A stretch of DNA of 64,000 nt from Flavobacteriales bacterium. Lineage in GTDB: Bacteria > Bacteroidota > Bacteroidia > CAIKAF01. A model generated the notes under the pieces. The model searched no databases, was not told the origin of the DNA, and was given only the letters and a program-made list of their open reading frames with translations. Where the stretch lies: positions 238,636 through 302,635 of the forward strand of contig JAGYKD010000002.1 of assembly GCA_018401695.1 (NCBI GenBank), read 5' to 3'. How positions within the stretch are numbered: position 1 is the stretch's first letter; each line of letters begins with the position of its first letter. The translations under genes and the position numbers were made by a program. This document shows, one piece after another, positions 30,592 through 41,178 of the stretch.

Positions 30592-31503
30592 TTATGGCTC
30601 AAAAATGACCTGTAAATCCTTTCTTTTAGAAATGATTTTTAGAGGCATAACCTCGTTGTAGGGAATGGGGTTCCCTTTGAGGTTAAGGTAATAGAGCTTA
30701 GGGTGGTAGGCAAAGCGCTCGGAAATTTGGGTCAATTGATTTTGCGCCAAATTGATTTCGCTAAGGTGGTTTAAACGGAGCAGGGATTCCGGAAGCTCGC
30801 TGATGTTATTTCCGGCCAAATCCAATATTTTGAGTTTGGAGAGTTGGGCAATGTCTTCGGGAAGGCTGTCGATTTTGCAATTGACCAACATAAGGCTTTC
30901 CAAGTTTTTGCACCGGAATACAAAATCGGGGATGCGGTGAAGATTCACGTTGTAAAACTCCATAGAGCGAAGGGAAGGCAATCCCGGCATGCTGTCTACA
31001 AAAAGCAAGCTATCGCTTTCGTTGTAAAAAATACGCAGCAGTTCCAGGTTTCCTAATGCCGCCAAATCAAAAGGAAGGGAATCGAGCCGGGTTTGGGTCA
31101 TTTCCAAGTAAAGCAAACTGGGGATTTGTCCCAACTCAGGTGGAAAATAAGTAAGGGGATTGTCGTTGCTTACCAAAATAAATAGGAGAGGGTTTTGCAT
31201 TAGGCTGGAGGGCAGCTGCTGCAAATGGTTATTTTTAAGAAATAGAATTTCCAGTTGGCTGAGCTGAGCCAGTTGTCTTTGCTCCTTCTCGGAAAGGAAT
31301 CCGGTAACCATCAATTTTTGGGTGTTCTTATCCTTTAATCCGCTGCGCTCGGTGTAGGTAATTCCCATAGGAGAACCATATCCTTTGAGGACTTCAGGAT
31401 CGGTGCTGTCGAATCGAACTTGAGCAAAAATAGGGGAGACAATGGATGCTAGGGTTCCAAAGCAAAGTCCCAGGTGGAAGATTATGGACAGAATTTTTCC
31501 CAT
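30592..31503 (-). CDS. leucine-rich repeat (LRR) protein, secreted
   Basis: Signal peptide and eight or more LxxLxLxxNxL repeats. Confidence 0.65.
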   Translation of the reverse strand: MGKILSIIFHLGLCFGTLASIVSPIFAQVRFDSTDPEVLKGYGSPMGITYTERSGLKDKNTQKLMVTGFLSEKEQRQLAQLSQLEILFLKNNHLQQLPSSLMQNPLLFILVSNDNPLTYFPPELGQIPSLLYLEMTQTRLDSLPFDLAALGNLELLRIFYNESDSLLFVDSMPGLPSLRSMEFYNVNLHRIPDFVFRCKNLESLMLVNCKIDSLPEDIAQLSKLKILDLAGNNISELPESLLRLNHLSEINLAQNQLTQISERFAYHPKLYYLNLKGNPIPYNEVMPLKIISKRKDLQVIFEP

Positions 31504-32027
31504 GCTTGTTTAGCGTCTGCATCACCAAGGTCGGCACTTTTTTTGAAACAGGTGCATGCCATGGAGCTATTTCCCCTATCCATGTGCAAAACAGCCAAGT
31601 TGAACCAGCCTTCGGCAAATTGTGGATCGGCCTGCGTGCTTTGCTCAAAGGCCCAGAAGGTGGAGTCCGGTTCTTGCAGGCGGTCGTAAACCAAGCCTAA
31701 GTTAAACCAAGCTTCGGCATAGCCGCTGTCCAAGGCAATGGCTTCAAAAAAATCGGATTTGGCGGCATCAAAGCGGTCCAAACTAAAGTGGCAAATGCCA
31801 CGGTCGTGCCAGGCCGAAACATACAAGCTGTCTAAGGCGATGCATTGGTCAAAGGCTTCTGTAGCGCGTGTGAGGTCTTGATTTTCATAGTATTGTAAGC
31901 CTTGTTGGTACCACTCCTCGGCCGAGCCGGGCCCTTCTGTGTGGAGGTTTGTGGCCGGTTTTGGGGCTTGCTTGCCGCAGCTGTAGGCAAAGCAAAGTCC
32001 GAGGCTTAAAAGAAAAAGTGTTTTCAA
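31482..32027 (-). CDS. TPR-repeat lipoprotein
   Basis: Lipobox (FAYSCGK) and three TPR-like repeats (…AWFNLGLVY…GWFNLAVLH…). Confidence 0.55.
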   Translation of the reverse strand: MKTLFLLSLGLCFAYSCGKQAPKPATNLHTEGPGSAEEWYQQGLQYYENQDLTRATEAFDQCIALDSLYVSAWHDRGICHFSLDRFDAAKSDFFEAIALDSGYAEAWFNLGLVYDRLQEPDSTFWAFEQSTQADPQFAEGWFNLAVLHMDRGNSSMACTCFKKSADLGDADAKQAWEKFCP

Positions 32028-32608
32028 AAGAAAATGCCGGTTCTAATGTCGAAAGGATAAAAATAAGGAGAATCTTGACCCATGGGCAATACGTTATACA
32101 AAAAGGCCAGGTAAAAGAAACCGGAATCAAAATGTTCTACATAGCCGCCTCCCAAAAATAAGGCATGAGAATTGAGCCGTGTATTGTCGTTTTGGTAATT
32201 ATAATTGAGCCATTCGTACTGACCCATAACCAGTAAAAAATCAAAAACGGTGAGCATGGCAAAATTTCGTAAACCAAACATATGGGAGTCTCCCGGAGAA
32301 CCAACCCAATTGGTGTATTGGTATATAGGTCCGCCTCCGATTATGAATTTTTGGTCTAAGGATACATCGTAAGCAACGGCAGGCGAAACCCCAATAACGG
32401 TAACATTACCAAACCAAAGATTCAAATCTCCTCCAAACATGATTCGGTCCCATACCGAAACTCCGGGATCTTCTTTTGCTTCTTGGCTTGTGAAAGTACC
32501 GGTTTCATTGCTGTCCGTCTCCTCCCTGCGGTCTATTTGTGCCCTAAGGTTGGAGTTTAGTACCAAAACCAACAGAAAAATGCCAAGGCTACACTTCATT
32601 TTTTCCAT
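32024..32608 (-). CDS. hypothetical outer-membrane beta-barrel protein
   Basis: Signal peptide, alternating amphipathic strands and a C-terminal …GIFF. Confidence 0.4.
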   Translation of the reverse strand: MEKMKCSLGIFLLVLVLNSNLRAQIDRREETDSNETGTFTSQEAKEDPGVSVWDRIMFGGDLNLWFGNVTVIGVSPAVAYDVSLDQKFIIGGGPIYQYTNWVGSPGDSHMFGLRNFAMLTVFDFLLVMGQYEWLNYNYQNDNTRLNSHALFLGGGYVEHFDSGFFYLAFLYNVLPMGQDSPYFYPFDIRTGIFF

Positions 32609-32655
32609 CCATCAAAATAGCGCATGGCTGTAATGTTACAAAAACCGCACCGAAA

Positions 32656-33735
32656 TTAATGGTCAAAGCTCAAAATGAGCTCTTCGCCTTCCGGGTGGGT
32701 TTGGCAAGCCAGCGTAAAACCGGCTTCTACCTCTTCCGGACTTAAGGCATAATTTAAGGCCATGCGGCTTTTCCCTTTAAGCACCTTGGCCTTGCAAGTA
32801 GCGCAAACCGCACCTTTGCAGGCATAGGGGGCGTCGGCTCCGGCCTCCAGTGCGGCATCCAAAACCGCTGCTCCTTCTTTGTCCAAGTCAAAAGTGGTAT
32901 GCAGGCCATCCAAAATTACGGTTACCCGCGAAGTTTCGCCTAATAAAGTAGGGGCTTGACTTTCTTCTATGCCCCTATCGTTTATCTTTTGGCCCGGAGC
33001 GGAAAACATTTCGAACTTGATTTGTTCAGCAGCCACTCCACGCTCCATCAAACGCTGTTTTACTTGTTCTATCATGTCGCCGGGACCACACACCAAATAG
33101 GTATCGCCACCGGCGGGTCGAAGCAGTTTTTGACACAGTTCGCCACAGCGTTCTCCATCAATACGTCCGCTAAACAGTGGAATATCCATACTTTCCCTAC
33201 TCAAAATATGGTACAAAGCAAAGCGGTGCGGATAGCGGTTTTTTAAACCTTCCAAGGTCTCCTTAAACATGATGGAGCCGGTATTTTTATTGCCAAAAAA
33301 CAGGGTAAAGGTGCTGTTTTCTTCTCCGGCAAGAACTTCCTGAAGCATGCTCAACACCGGAGTAATGCCCGAGCCCGCAGCAAAAGCCACTATATGCCTT
33401 CCTTCGGGCGGCGATTGGGGCAAGGTGAAGCGACCCATAGGTTTCATTACCTGAACTTTATCGCCAACCTGTAGGTTTTCGTTGGCCCAAGTCGAAAACC
33501 GCCCTCCGGGGACTTTTTTTATTCCCACCCGGAGCAAGGCATCTTGCGGCGCCGAACACAGCGAATAGGTTCTCCTTAGGTCCTCGCCCTGGATTTCTTT
33601 GCGCAGCGTAAGGTATTGACCGGCCTTAAAAGCGAACTCTTCTTTCAGCGCTTCGGGCACTACAAAAGCAACTTGAACACTATCTTCAGTTTCAGGCCGC
33701 ACTTCGGCCACTTCCAATTCTACAAAACGAGGCAT
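32656..33735 (-). CDS. paaE: 1,2-phenylacetyl-CoA epoxidase reductase subunit (FNR-like + 2Fe-2S ferredoxin)
   Basis: FAD/NAD-binding ferredoxin reductase fold with a C-terminal CxxxxCxxC…C ferredoxin. Divergent from paaABCD. Confidence 0.8.
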   Translation of the reverse strand: MPRFVELEVAEVRPETEDSVQVAFVVPEALKEEFAFKAGQYLTLRKEIQGEDLRRTYSLCSAPQDALLRVGIKKVPGGRFSTWANENLQVGDKVQVMKPMGRFTLPQSPPEGRHIVAFAAGSGITPVLSMLQEVLAGEENSTFTLFFGNKNTGSIMFKETLEGLKNRYPHRFALYHILSRESMDIPLFSGRIDGERCGELCQKLLRPAGGDTYLVCGPGDMIEQVKQRLMERGVAAEQIKFEMFSAPGQKINDRGIEESQAPTLLGETSRVTVILDGLHTTFDLDKEGAAVLDAALEAGADAPYACKGAVCATCKAKVLKGKSRMALNYALSPEEVEAGFTLACQTHPEGEELILSFDH

Positions 33736-33995
33736 ATGGCTGTTTTGGACAAATATACACGACTGAGGGGATTTTTTGGGGCGCCTTTTCGGGCTTTCGG
33801 CGGTAGTGCCTTTGGAGTAGGCTGTCGGGCTCGGGGCTCCGGGCTCTGCAGCCGAGCTGCAGCGTCCTCGCCTCCGGCCCGAACAAGCCTCCTCCTACAG
33901 GCAGCTACCTGCCTCTATCCCGGGCGCAGTGCTCCGTTTTAAAACATTCCTTAGCGCTGTGGTGTTTTTTTTGTAAAATTGCATCTATACAGCTT

Positions 33996-34934
33996 ATGGA
34001 AACTACCGCACTCGAACATCGTTTCAACCAAAAAATTGAACGAGAAGAAAAGATTGAGCCTAAGGACTGGATGCCCGAGGACTACCGCAAAAACAATATT
34101 CGGCAAATATCCCAGCATGCCCATTCCGAAATTGTGGGTATGCTCCCGGAAGCTAATTGGATTACCAGGGCGCCCAGTCTCCGCCGTAAAGTGGCTCTGC
34201 TGGCTAAAGTCCAAGACGAAGCCGGACATGGTTTGTACCTCTATAGCGCAGCAGAAACCTTAGGCACCGATCGCGAAGAAATGATTGACGATTTGCATTC
34301 CGGCAAAGCCAAATATTCTTCCATATTTAATTATCCTACCACTACTTGGGCCGATATTGGCGCCATTGGTTGGTTGGTTGATGGGGCTGCCATTACCAAT
34401 CAAGTAGCACTTTGCCGCACTTCCTATGGCCCTTATGCACGTGCTATGGTAAAAATTTGCAAAGAAGAAAGCTTTCACCAGCGCCAAGGTTACGAAATCA
34501 TGTGCGCTATGGCCTTCGGCACCCCCGAACAAAAAGCCATGGCTCAAGATGCCTTAAACCGCTGGTGGTGGCCCTCCCTAATGATGTTTGGCCCTACCGA
34601 CGGCGACAGCGTGCACTCACAAAAATCGATGGATTGGAAAATAAAGCGCTACTCCAACGATGAGCTTCGCCAAGAATTCGTGGATAAAACCGTAGCACAA
34701 GCAGAATATTTGGGGCTTACCATTCCCGATCCGGATTTGACATATAACGATGAAACCGGTCATTATTCCTTTGGGGAAATCGACTGGAAAGAGTTTTACC
34801 AGGTCATCTCCGGTAACGGCCCATGCAACAAAGAACGCATAGAAGCCCGCAGAAAAGCGCATGAAGATGGAGCTTGGGTGCGCGAAGCAGCCAATGCCTT
34901 TGCCCAAAAACGTGCCAATCAACAAGTAGCCTGA
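33996..34934 (+). CDS. paaA: 1,2-phenylacetyl-CoA epoxidase subunit A
   Basis: 312 aa. Di-iron ferritin-like motifs (…QDEAGHGLY…[11 protein letters not shown]…). Confidence 0.85.
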   Translation: METTALEHRFNQKIEREEKIEPKDWMPEDYRKNNIRQISQHAHSEIVGMLPEANWITRAPSLRRKVALLAKVQDEAGHGLYLYSAAETLGTDREEMIDDLHSGKAKYSSIFNYPTTTWADIGAIGWLVDGAAITNQVALCRTSYGPYARAMVKICKEESFHQRQGYEIMCAMAFGTPEQKAMAQDALNRWWWPSLMMFGPTDGDSVHSQKSMDWKIKRYSNDELRQEFVDKTVAQAEYLGLTIPDPDLTYNDETGHYSFGEIDWKEFYQVISGNGPCNKERIEARRKAHEDGAWVREAANAFAQKRANQQVA

Positions 34935-34947
34935 TACATAAAGCAAT

Positions 34948-35235
34948 ATGAGCAACCAAAACTGGCCTCTATTCGAGGTTTTTATACGTTCAAAAAATGG
35001 ACTTAGCCACAAGCATGTCGGAAGTCTGCATGCCGCAGATGCAGCTATGGCCATTGAAAATGCAAGAGATGTGTATTGTAGGCGTAACGAGGGCGTTTCT
35101 ATTTGGGTGGTTCCCTCCACCCAAATTGTAGCTTCTGATCCCGAAGACGCCGAGGCTTTATACGAACCCGCCAAGGATAAAATTTACCGGCATCCAACTT
35201 TTTACACCGTACCGGACGAAGTAGGACATATGTAA
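34948..35235 (+). CDS. paaB: 1,2-phenylacetyl-CoA epoxidase subunit B
   Basis: 95 aa. The N-terminus WPLFEVFIRSKNGLSHKHVGSLHA is typical of PaaB. Confidence 0.85.
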   Translation: MSNQNWPLFEVFIRSKNGLSHKHVGSLHAADAAMAIENARDVYCRRNEGVSIWVVPSTQIVASDPEDAEALYEPAKDKIYRHPTFYTVPDEVGHM

Positions 35236-35996
35236 TGGAGCAAGAAAAGCAAAAAGCAGCCCTCAATTTGTCTTTGGTTATGGGCGATAATGCCCTAATC
35301 TTAGGGCACCGTTTGTCGGAATGGTGTGGTCATGGCCCCATTTTAGAACAAGATATTGCCTTATCCAATATTGCTTTGGATTTAATTGGACAGGCCAGGT
35401 TATGGTTGAGCCATGCAGGAAAACTTCAAGGAGGAAAATCCGAAGACGATTTGGCTTACCATCGCGATGTGTTTGATTTCCACAATTTTCAAATGGTCGA
35501 AACGCCCAATGGGCATTGGGGAAAAACCTTATTGAGGCAGTTTTTATACGATGCCTGGCACCATGCCATGCTTCAAAAGCTGGTGCTCGCTCAAGACGAA
35601 GATATTGCAGGAATTGCGCGGAAATCCTTAAAAGAGGTAAACTATCACCTTCGATGGAGCAGCGAGTGGGTCATTCGGTTGGGCGACGGAACAGAAGAGA
35701 GCGCTGCCAAAATGCAGGATGCCTATGCCGATGTTTGGCCCTATGTTGGAGAACTTCTTCAAAAAGATTTTTGGTTAAAGGAGCTGGATCAATGGATTCC
35801 CGGATTCACTGCCGACGAAATCCTTGCCCAATGGTGGAAAACGGTGCGAGAAGTGTTTAGTCAAGCCAATCTTCCGGCAGAACCCATGGATTGGTTGTAC
35901 CGAAAAGGCCATCTGGGGCACCATACCGAGCATCTGGGCTTTATTTTAGCCGAAATGCAGTTTCTGCCAAGGGCCTATCCGGACGCAACCTGGTAA
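35235..35996 (+). CDS. paaC: 1,2-phenylacetyl-CoA epoxidase subunit C
   Basis: 253 aa PaaC-like protein at its position in the operon. Confidence 0.75.
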   Translation: MEQEKQKAALNLSLVMGDNALILGHRLSEWCGHGPILEQDIALSNIALDLIGQARLWLSHAGKLQGGKSEDDLAYHRDVFDFHNFQMVETPNGHWGKTLLRQFLYDAWHHAMLQKLVLAQDEDIAGIARKSLKEVNYHLRWSSEWVIRLGDGTEESAAKMQDAYADVWPYVGELLQKDFWLKELDQWIPGFTADEILAQWWKTVREVFSQANLPAEPMDWLYRKGHLGHHTEHLGFILAEMQFLPRAYPDATW

Positions 35997-36001
35997 ACCC
36001 A

Positions 36002-36490
36002 ATGGCCAATCTCGAAACCATAGAACAAGCCTTAGAAAAGGTGAAAGACCCGGAAATACCGGTGCTCACCATTAAAGATTTGGGCGTGTTGCGCGGATTG
36101 GAACGTGCGGAAGATGGAAGTCTGAAGGTAATAATAACGCCTACTTACTCAGGTTGTCCTGCCATGTACACCATTGAGCAGTCAATAAAGCAAGTGCTCA
36201 CCCGATTGGGCGAAGAAACAGTAACCATAGAGACCCGGTTAGACCCGGCCTGGACTACCGATTGGATGACCGAAGAAGCCAAACAAAAGCTTCAGGATTT
36301 TGGTATAGCACCACCCGAAGGAAGCAGTGCCGATAAACGGGCTTTGTTTGGGGAGGAAAAGCAGGTAACCTGCCCACATTGCAAAAGCCGAAACACCTTT
36401 ATGAAAAGTCAGTTTGGCTCAACTGCCTGTAAATCATTGTATCAGTGCTGGGATTGCGAAGAGCCTTTCGACTATTTTAAGTGCCTTTAG
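36002..36490 (+). CDS. paaD: phenylacetyl-CoA epoxidase assembly subunit PaaD
   Basis: DUF59-like N-terminus with a C-terminal Cys cluster (CPHC…CWDC). Start set at the internal Met after the paaC stop. Confidence 0.75.
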   Translation: MANLETIEQALEKVKDPEIPVLTIKDLGVLRGLERAEDGSLKVIITPTYSGCPAMYTIEQSIKQVLTRLGEETVTIETRLDPAWTTDWMTEEAKQKLQDFGIAPPEGSSADKRALFGEEKQVTCPHCKSRNTFMKSQFGSTACKSLYQCWDCEEPFDYFKCL

Positions 36491-36576
36491 GCGACATACC
36501 GCCCTGTGAGACCTCTGCTTAAGGTCAGGATTAAGAACAAAGATTCCCGGTACGGAGCCCATAATTAATTGCATCA

Positions 36577-38007
36577 TTGTACCTTGGAGCCATGCGAACA
36601 CAGGGTTCATCCACAGAATTGGTAAGAGGTCTTGGCCTTTTTGCCGCCTTTGCATTGGTTTTTGGCTCCATGATTGGTTCGGGTGTATTTAAGAAGGTTT
36701 CGGCCATGGCCGATTATTTGGGCAATCCGGTTTGGATTATTTTGGCTTGGATAGTTGCCGGCAGCATAACCTTGATTGGCGCCTTATCCAACGCGGAAGT
36801 AGCCGGCCTAATTGCCGAACCTGGCGGGCAATACCAGTACTTTAAACGTATGTATGGCAAAGGCTTTGCCTTTTGGTATGGTTGGAGCAGCTTTTCTGTA
36901 ATCCAAACCGCCACCATAGCTTCTGTAGCTTATGTATTTGCCGAGGGCCTAAATGTTTTTTACCCTTTGCCTGTTTTATCTGCTTCCTGGGCAGAGATTA
37001 CTTGGTTTGGCTACATACAGCCCTTCCACAACTTCGGGGTAAAGCTGGTAACCATTGGCCTTATTTCCCTGCTCACCTTTTTAAATGTGCTTGGAGTACG
37101 CGTGGGAGGCACGATTACCTCCATCATGGCCAGCAGTGTGGTGCTTTGTATTTTATTAATCATTGCCTTAAGTTTCGGTTCCGGAGCAGGAGATACCTTG
37201 CATTTTCAAATGTCCACCGGACCGCAACTGGAAAAGGAGCCTTTGGTAGGAACGGGTATGTTGGGTTTGTTTTTTATGGCTTTGATGTCTGCCTTTTGGG
37301 CCTATGAGGGCTGGAACAACATTGGTTTTTTGGGAGGAGAAATCCGAAATCCCTACCGCAATATCCCCAAAGCTTTAGTGATGGGGGTTGGCTTTGTAAT
37401 GCTGGTGTATGTACTGGTGCATTTGGCATTCCTCTATATTATGCCTGTGCAAGATTTACAAGCCGTTACCGATAAGCAAATTGCTGCAGTAGAAGTCATT
37501 CGACGCTTTATGGGCGATGGCGGAGCCTTGGCCATTTCGGCATTGATTGTAGTGAGTACCTTCAACAGCACCAATACTACCATTTTAAGTGCACCTAGGG
37601 TGTATTTTGCTATGGCTAAGGACCGGTTGTTTTTTCAAGGAATTGATAAAGTGCACCCCAAATTCAAGAGTCCTTCCAATGCTCTATTGATTCAAGCGTT
37701 TTGGGCATCGATATTGGTAATGACAGGCAGCTTTGACGATCTAACAGAGATGCTCATATTTGCCGCATTTATTTTTTATGGGGCCGGTGCATTTGGCGTA
37801 TTTGTATTGCGAAAAAAATGGCCCGACCGTGAACGCCCCTTTAAAGTACCCTTTTACCCCTTTTTGCCGGCGGCCTTCGTACTGTTTTGCTTGGCTTTGG
37901 TTTTGATTTCGATCTTAGAAAACCCCATGGGTTCTTTGATGGGCATAGTGCTTATGGCCACGGGGCTACCCTTTTATTATTTTTGGAAAAGAAATGGAGG
38001 AGAGTAG
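36577..38007 (+). CDS. amino acid permease (APC superfamily)
   Basis: Twelve TM helices, 476 aa, APC-like N-terminus. Confidence 0.7.
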   Translation: MYLGAMRTQGSSTELVRGLGLFAAFALVFGSMIGSGVFKKVSAMADYLGNPVWIILAWIVAGSITLIGALSNAEVAGLIAEPGGQYQYFKRMYGKGFAFWYGWSSFSVIQTATIASVAYVFAEGLNVFYPLPVLSASWAEITWFGYIQPFHNFGVKLVTIGLISLLTFLNVLGVRVGGTITSIMASSVVLCILLIIALSFGSGAGDTLHFQMSTGPQLEKEPLVGTGMLGLFFMALMSAFWAYEGWNNIGFLGGEIRNPYRNIPKALVMGVGFVMLVYVLVHLAFLYIMPVQDLQAVTDKQIAAVEVIRRFMGDGGALAISALIVVSTFNSTNTTILSAPRVYFAMAKDRLFFQGIDKVHPKFKSPSNALLIQAFWASILVMTGSFDDLTEMLIFAAFIFYGAGAFGVFVLRKKWPDRERPFKVPFYPFLPAAFVLFCLALVLISILENPMGSLMGIVLMATGLPFYYFWKRNGGE

Positions 38008-38950
38008 GATAAAAGTATTGGAAGAGAGCAATAGCTTTTTAGGCTTTAGTCTTAAGCTTAAGCCCATGTCTTGGATGGCTATAGTATTTGTGGGTTTAGG
38101 CTTGTTTTTGGCCTTAAGTTTACTGGCTATGTTTTTTTTAACCCAGGCTTCAGGCATGTCGGCGGATTTATCGGGAGGAGTTTCTCACATGGTGGAGTCC
38201 TTAGGCTTTCCTTTGGTTTTTTCCGGTATTATGTCGGTGCATGTGCTGCTATGTTTAACTGTATATTTGGTTTGGATTAAAGGGTTTAAGTTTCCTGGCC
38301 GTGCCCTTTTTCGTGTAGGAGCTTCATTCCAATGGAAATGGTGGTTGGGAAGTTTTTTGGTAGTATTTCTACTTAGTGGCCTTATGGATTGGTTTTATTT
38401 GAATCGAAACCCAATACATACCTGGACTTTTGATGCGGATCGCTTTTGGGCCTTTTTTCCTGTTGCCCTAGTATTCTTCCCCTTTCAAACCTTATTTGAA
38501 GAGTTTTTATACCGAGGTTTTTTGATGCGTTGGAGCTTTAGTCTTACCAGGAGCGGCTTGGTTGCTCTTGTCTTGTCGGCAAGTTTTTTTAGCTTAATGC
38601 ATATGGGGAACAAAGAAGTGGAAGCTTATGGCACCGGTTCCATGTTTTTCTATTATGCTTGGCAGGGCGGAATGTTGGCTTTGCTGGTTATGTTAAGCAA
38701 TGGTCTGGAAGCAGCTTGGGGCTACCATTTGGCCAATAATTTGTACGGATCCTTAATAATCTCTGTGCCGGAATCCAGTTTGCCCATGCCGTCTCTTTGG
38801 CAAAGCACGCCACCTGAGGGAGCCGTGTTTTTATTGTACAGTGCTTTATCCACCCTTATTATTGTACTTACTTTGGTTTTGGTGTTTAGGTGGCGCGACT
38901 GGAATCGATTGTTTCCCGAAAAACAATTATTTCCCAAAGACAAGGAATGA
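37994..38950 (+). CDS. CPBP family intramembrane metalloprotease (CAAX protease-like)
   Basis: EEFLYRGF motif with downstream FxxxH and HxxxN motifs. Confidence 0.65.
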   Translation: MEESRIKVLEESNSFLGFSLKLKPMSWMAIVFVGLGLFLALSLLAMFFLTQASGMSADLSGGVSHMVESLGFPLVFSGIMSVHVLLCLTVYLVWIKGFKFPGRALFRVGASFQWKWWLGSFLVVFLLSGLMDWFYLNRNPIHTWTFDADRFWAFFPVALVFFPFQTLFEEFLYRGFLMRWSFSLTRSGLVALVLSASFFSLMHMGNKEVEAYGTGSMFFYYAWQGGMLALLVMLSNGLEAAWGYHLANNLYGSLIISVPESSLPMPSLWQSTPPEGAVFLLYSALSTLIIVLTLVLVFRWRDWNRLFPEKQLFPKDKE

Positions 38951-38997
38951 TTTTGCATCCCTTATCTAAGCAAGAGGGTTGTATCTTTGAACTACCA

Positions 38998-39750
38998 ATG
39001 ATGCTCAGATTTCTCCGTTTACTGTGTTTTTGTTTGAGCTTGAGCTTTACCGGGAACCTCTTTGCGCAAAATTTGGAGGAGCAGGAAGATGTGGAGTATG
39101 ATGCGGAGTTCCGAACCGGTCCGGCACCCAAGGGTGGGTATAGGCATTTAATTCAGGCAGAAATATCTTCTCCCCACAACTTAGCCAACGAAGCCAATGC
39201 AAGAGCCTTTGACGGTATCGCATCCCTTCAGTTGGGTTATGCGTATCAAACCCTCAAAGGATTGTATTTGGGTGGGGTAGTGCGTTACACCGGTTTTAAT
39301 ATCTATTTGCCTCCGGCCGTTCCCGGTGCCATTGAGGGAAGCTCAATCTCAGATATCAACAACCATTTCTTGTCTTTTGGGCCTTCCATAAGTTATATTA
39401 TTTCTGGAGAGTCCGGGGTGGGATTTATGCCCGAGATTAGTGGTGGCCTAAGTACCCTTCGCTACGACGGCATTAAAATTGCCAAATACGACAATGGTTT
39501 CTTAACCCGTAGTATTGCCGATATGTCGTGGTTTGCCAGCCTGAGGTTAAGGGTTTTATTCACACCTTTTGAAGACCAGCATACCCATTTCTCTTTTTTT
39601 GTTGGCGGTACTTACCTTGGGCATGAATTCAAAAAAGAACCCCTGGGTTTAAATGGAGACGACAATCTGATTCCCTTATCGGATGATGGGGGAAGCCTTC
39701 AGCTGCACTTTGGCTTGGGCTTCTTCTTTTTATTAGGAAAAAAGAACTAG
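38998..39750 (+). CDS. hypothetical secreted protein
   Basis: Signal peptide after an internal Met (MMLRFLRLLCFCLSLSFTGNLFAQ). Confidence 0.4.
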   Translation: MMLRFLRLLCFCLSLSFTGNLFAQNLEEQEDVEYDAEFRTGPAPKGGYRHLIQAEISSPHNLANEANARAFDGIASLQLGYAYQTLKGLYLGGVVRYTGFNIYLPPAVPGAIEGSSISDINNHFLSFGPSISYIISGESGVGFMPEISGGLSTLRYDGIKIAKYDNGFLTRSIADMSWFASLRLRVLFTPFEDQHTHFSFFVGGTYLGHEFKKEPLGLNGDDNLIPLSDDGGSLQLHFGLGFFFLLGKKN

Positions 39751-39757
39751 CCAAACC

Positions 39758-41038
39758 TTAACTCCTGCTTTCCCAAAAATTTTCTCTCCAAGGCATGCCA
39801 ATCAAATGCTTGCGCAACAGGTTTAATGCCGATTGGGTAGCCCTCAGTACATTTCCATCACGGGTGCTTCCAAAACGAAAGCACTTACTATAGGTACCTT
39901 CCGGAGTAGCCAAGCCAATCCAAACCATACCTACCGGTTTTTCTGCACTCCCACCTCCCGGGCCTGCTACCCCGGAACTTGAAAGGGCAAAGTCTGCTCC
40001 GGTAATGCTTCGGGCTCCCTCTGCCATGGCCTCAACTACTTCTTTACTTACCGCGCCAAACTGCTGAATATACGCGGGAGGTACCCCTAGCTGCCTTATT
40101 TTTAAAGAATTGTCGTAGGTAACTACACCACCCAAAAATGCCGCCGAAGCACCTGGCACAGAAGTAAGGTGTTGGGCTAAAAGTCCTCCGGTACAACTTT
40201 CTGCCGTTGCTAAGGTATACTCTTTTTCAACCAAAAGTTGCACCACAACTTCCTCCAACCGCTGTTTATCCACACCAAATATCTCCCCACCTAAGATGTT
40301 CCGTAATCCATCTTCCGCTTGGTTCATTAGCTCTTCACCAATCCCCTTGTGATTCAAACAACTGATCCGAAGTTTAACTCTTCCCGCAGAGGGCAGGTAG
40401 GCCAAAGATATTTCCCGAGGAAGGGCGTCCTCCCAAGAACGAATAATCCCCATCAATTCAGATTCCGGTATCCCTTCGGTATGGAAGGTTCGGTGGAGCA
40501 ATGGTGGTAACGAAAAACGTTTTTTTAACCCCGGAATTACTCCGGTCTCCATAATGTGCTTCATCTCGTATGGAACGCCGGGCATGGAAACCACAATGGT
40601 ATTGTTTTTTTCGAACCACATTCCTGCGGCTGTTCCCATTTTATTCAGTAAGGTTGTGCAAGCCTTTGGCAACAAAGCTTGCCCCCGGTTGGCCTCATTT
40701 AAGCTTCGGTTTCGTTCTTTAAAAAACCTTTCTAATTGGTGCAATACCTCCTGGTCTTCACGCCAACCTCCCCCGAAATAAGTCTCAAGGGTGGTCTTGG
40801 TAACGTCGTCTTTGGTCGGTCCTAAGCCGCCTGTCATTAGCACAATAGGAAACTTGTCAAGGATTTGATCCAAAGTTTCCGTTATGGCCTCTTGGGTATC
40901 GGCAATGGTTCGAACTTCCCGAACTTTAATCCCGATTTGGTTCAGCACCTCCGCCATCCACGAAGCATTGGTATTTACAATTTGACCAATAAGAATTTCA
41001 TCTCCTATGCTTACAATAAAGGCCTCCGGACGATCCAT
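39758..41038 (-). CDS. cinA: competence/damage-inducible protein CinA (MoaB/MogA-like N domain + CinA C domain)
   Basis: IGDEILIGQIVNTNASW N-terminal motif and a C-terminal CinA domain (…AESCTGGLLA…). Confidence 0.8.
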   Translation of the reverse strand: MDRPEAFIVSIGDEILIGQIVNTNASWMAEVLNQIGIKVREVRTIADTQEAITETLDQILDKFPIVLMTGGLGPTKDDVTKTTLETYFGGGWREDQEVLHQLERFFKERNRSLNEANRGQALLPKACTTLLNKMGTAAGMWFEKNNTIVVSMPGVPYEMKHIMETGVIPGLKKRFSLPPLLHRTFHTEGIPESELMGIIRSWEDALPREISLAYLPSAGRVKLRISCLNHKGIGEELMNQAEDGLRNILGGEIFGVDKQRLEEVVVQLLVEKEYTLATAESCTGGLLAQHLTSVPGASAAFLGGVVTYDNSLKIRQLGVPPAYIQQFGAVSKEVVEAMAEGARSITGADFALSSSGVAGPGGGSAEKPVGMVWIGLATPEGTYSKCFRFGSTRDGNVLRATQSALNLLRKHLIGMPWRENFWESRS

Positions 41039-41094
41039 ACTACTAATAGATTCAAAATAAGGGGTTAACAACTTTTAACCGGGCTTTGTTCTGG

Positions 41095-41135
41095 GGGCTC
41101 CATTGCCCGAGGCAAAATTGGTATTTTTGTATGCA
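41095..41135 (+). promoter_or_regulatory. putative Bacteroidetes-type sigmaA promoter of the bat operon
   Basis: TTG … 16 nt … TATTTTTG (TAnnTTTG -7 element), 45-85 bp upstream of moxR. Confidence 0.2.
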
Positions 41136-41178
41136 TCCGTAACCGTTTGCGGAGATTTATTTGAAAAATTAAGATACG

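Noticed and set aside
36491-36576. Riboswitch upstream of the amino-acid permease
   Set aside because: The leader is only about 85 nt. That is too short for lysine or glycine aptamers, and no conserved aptamer core was recognised.
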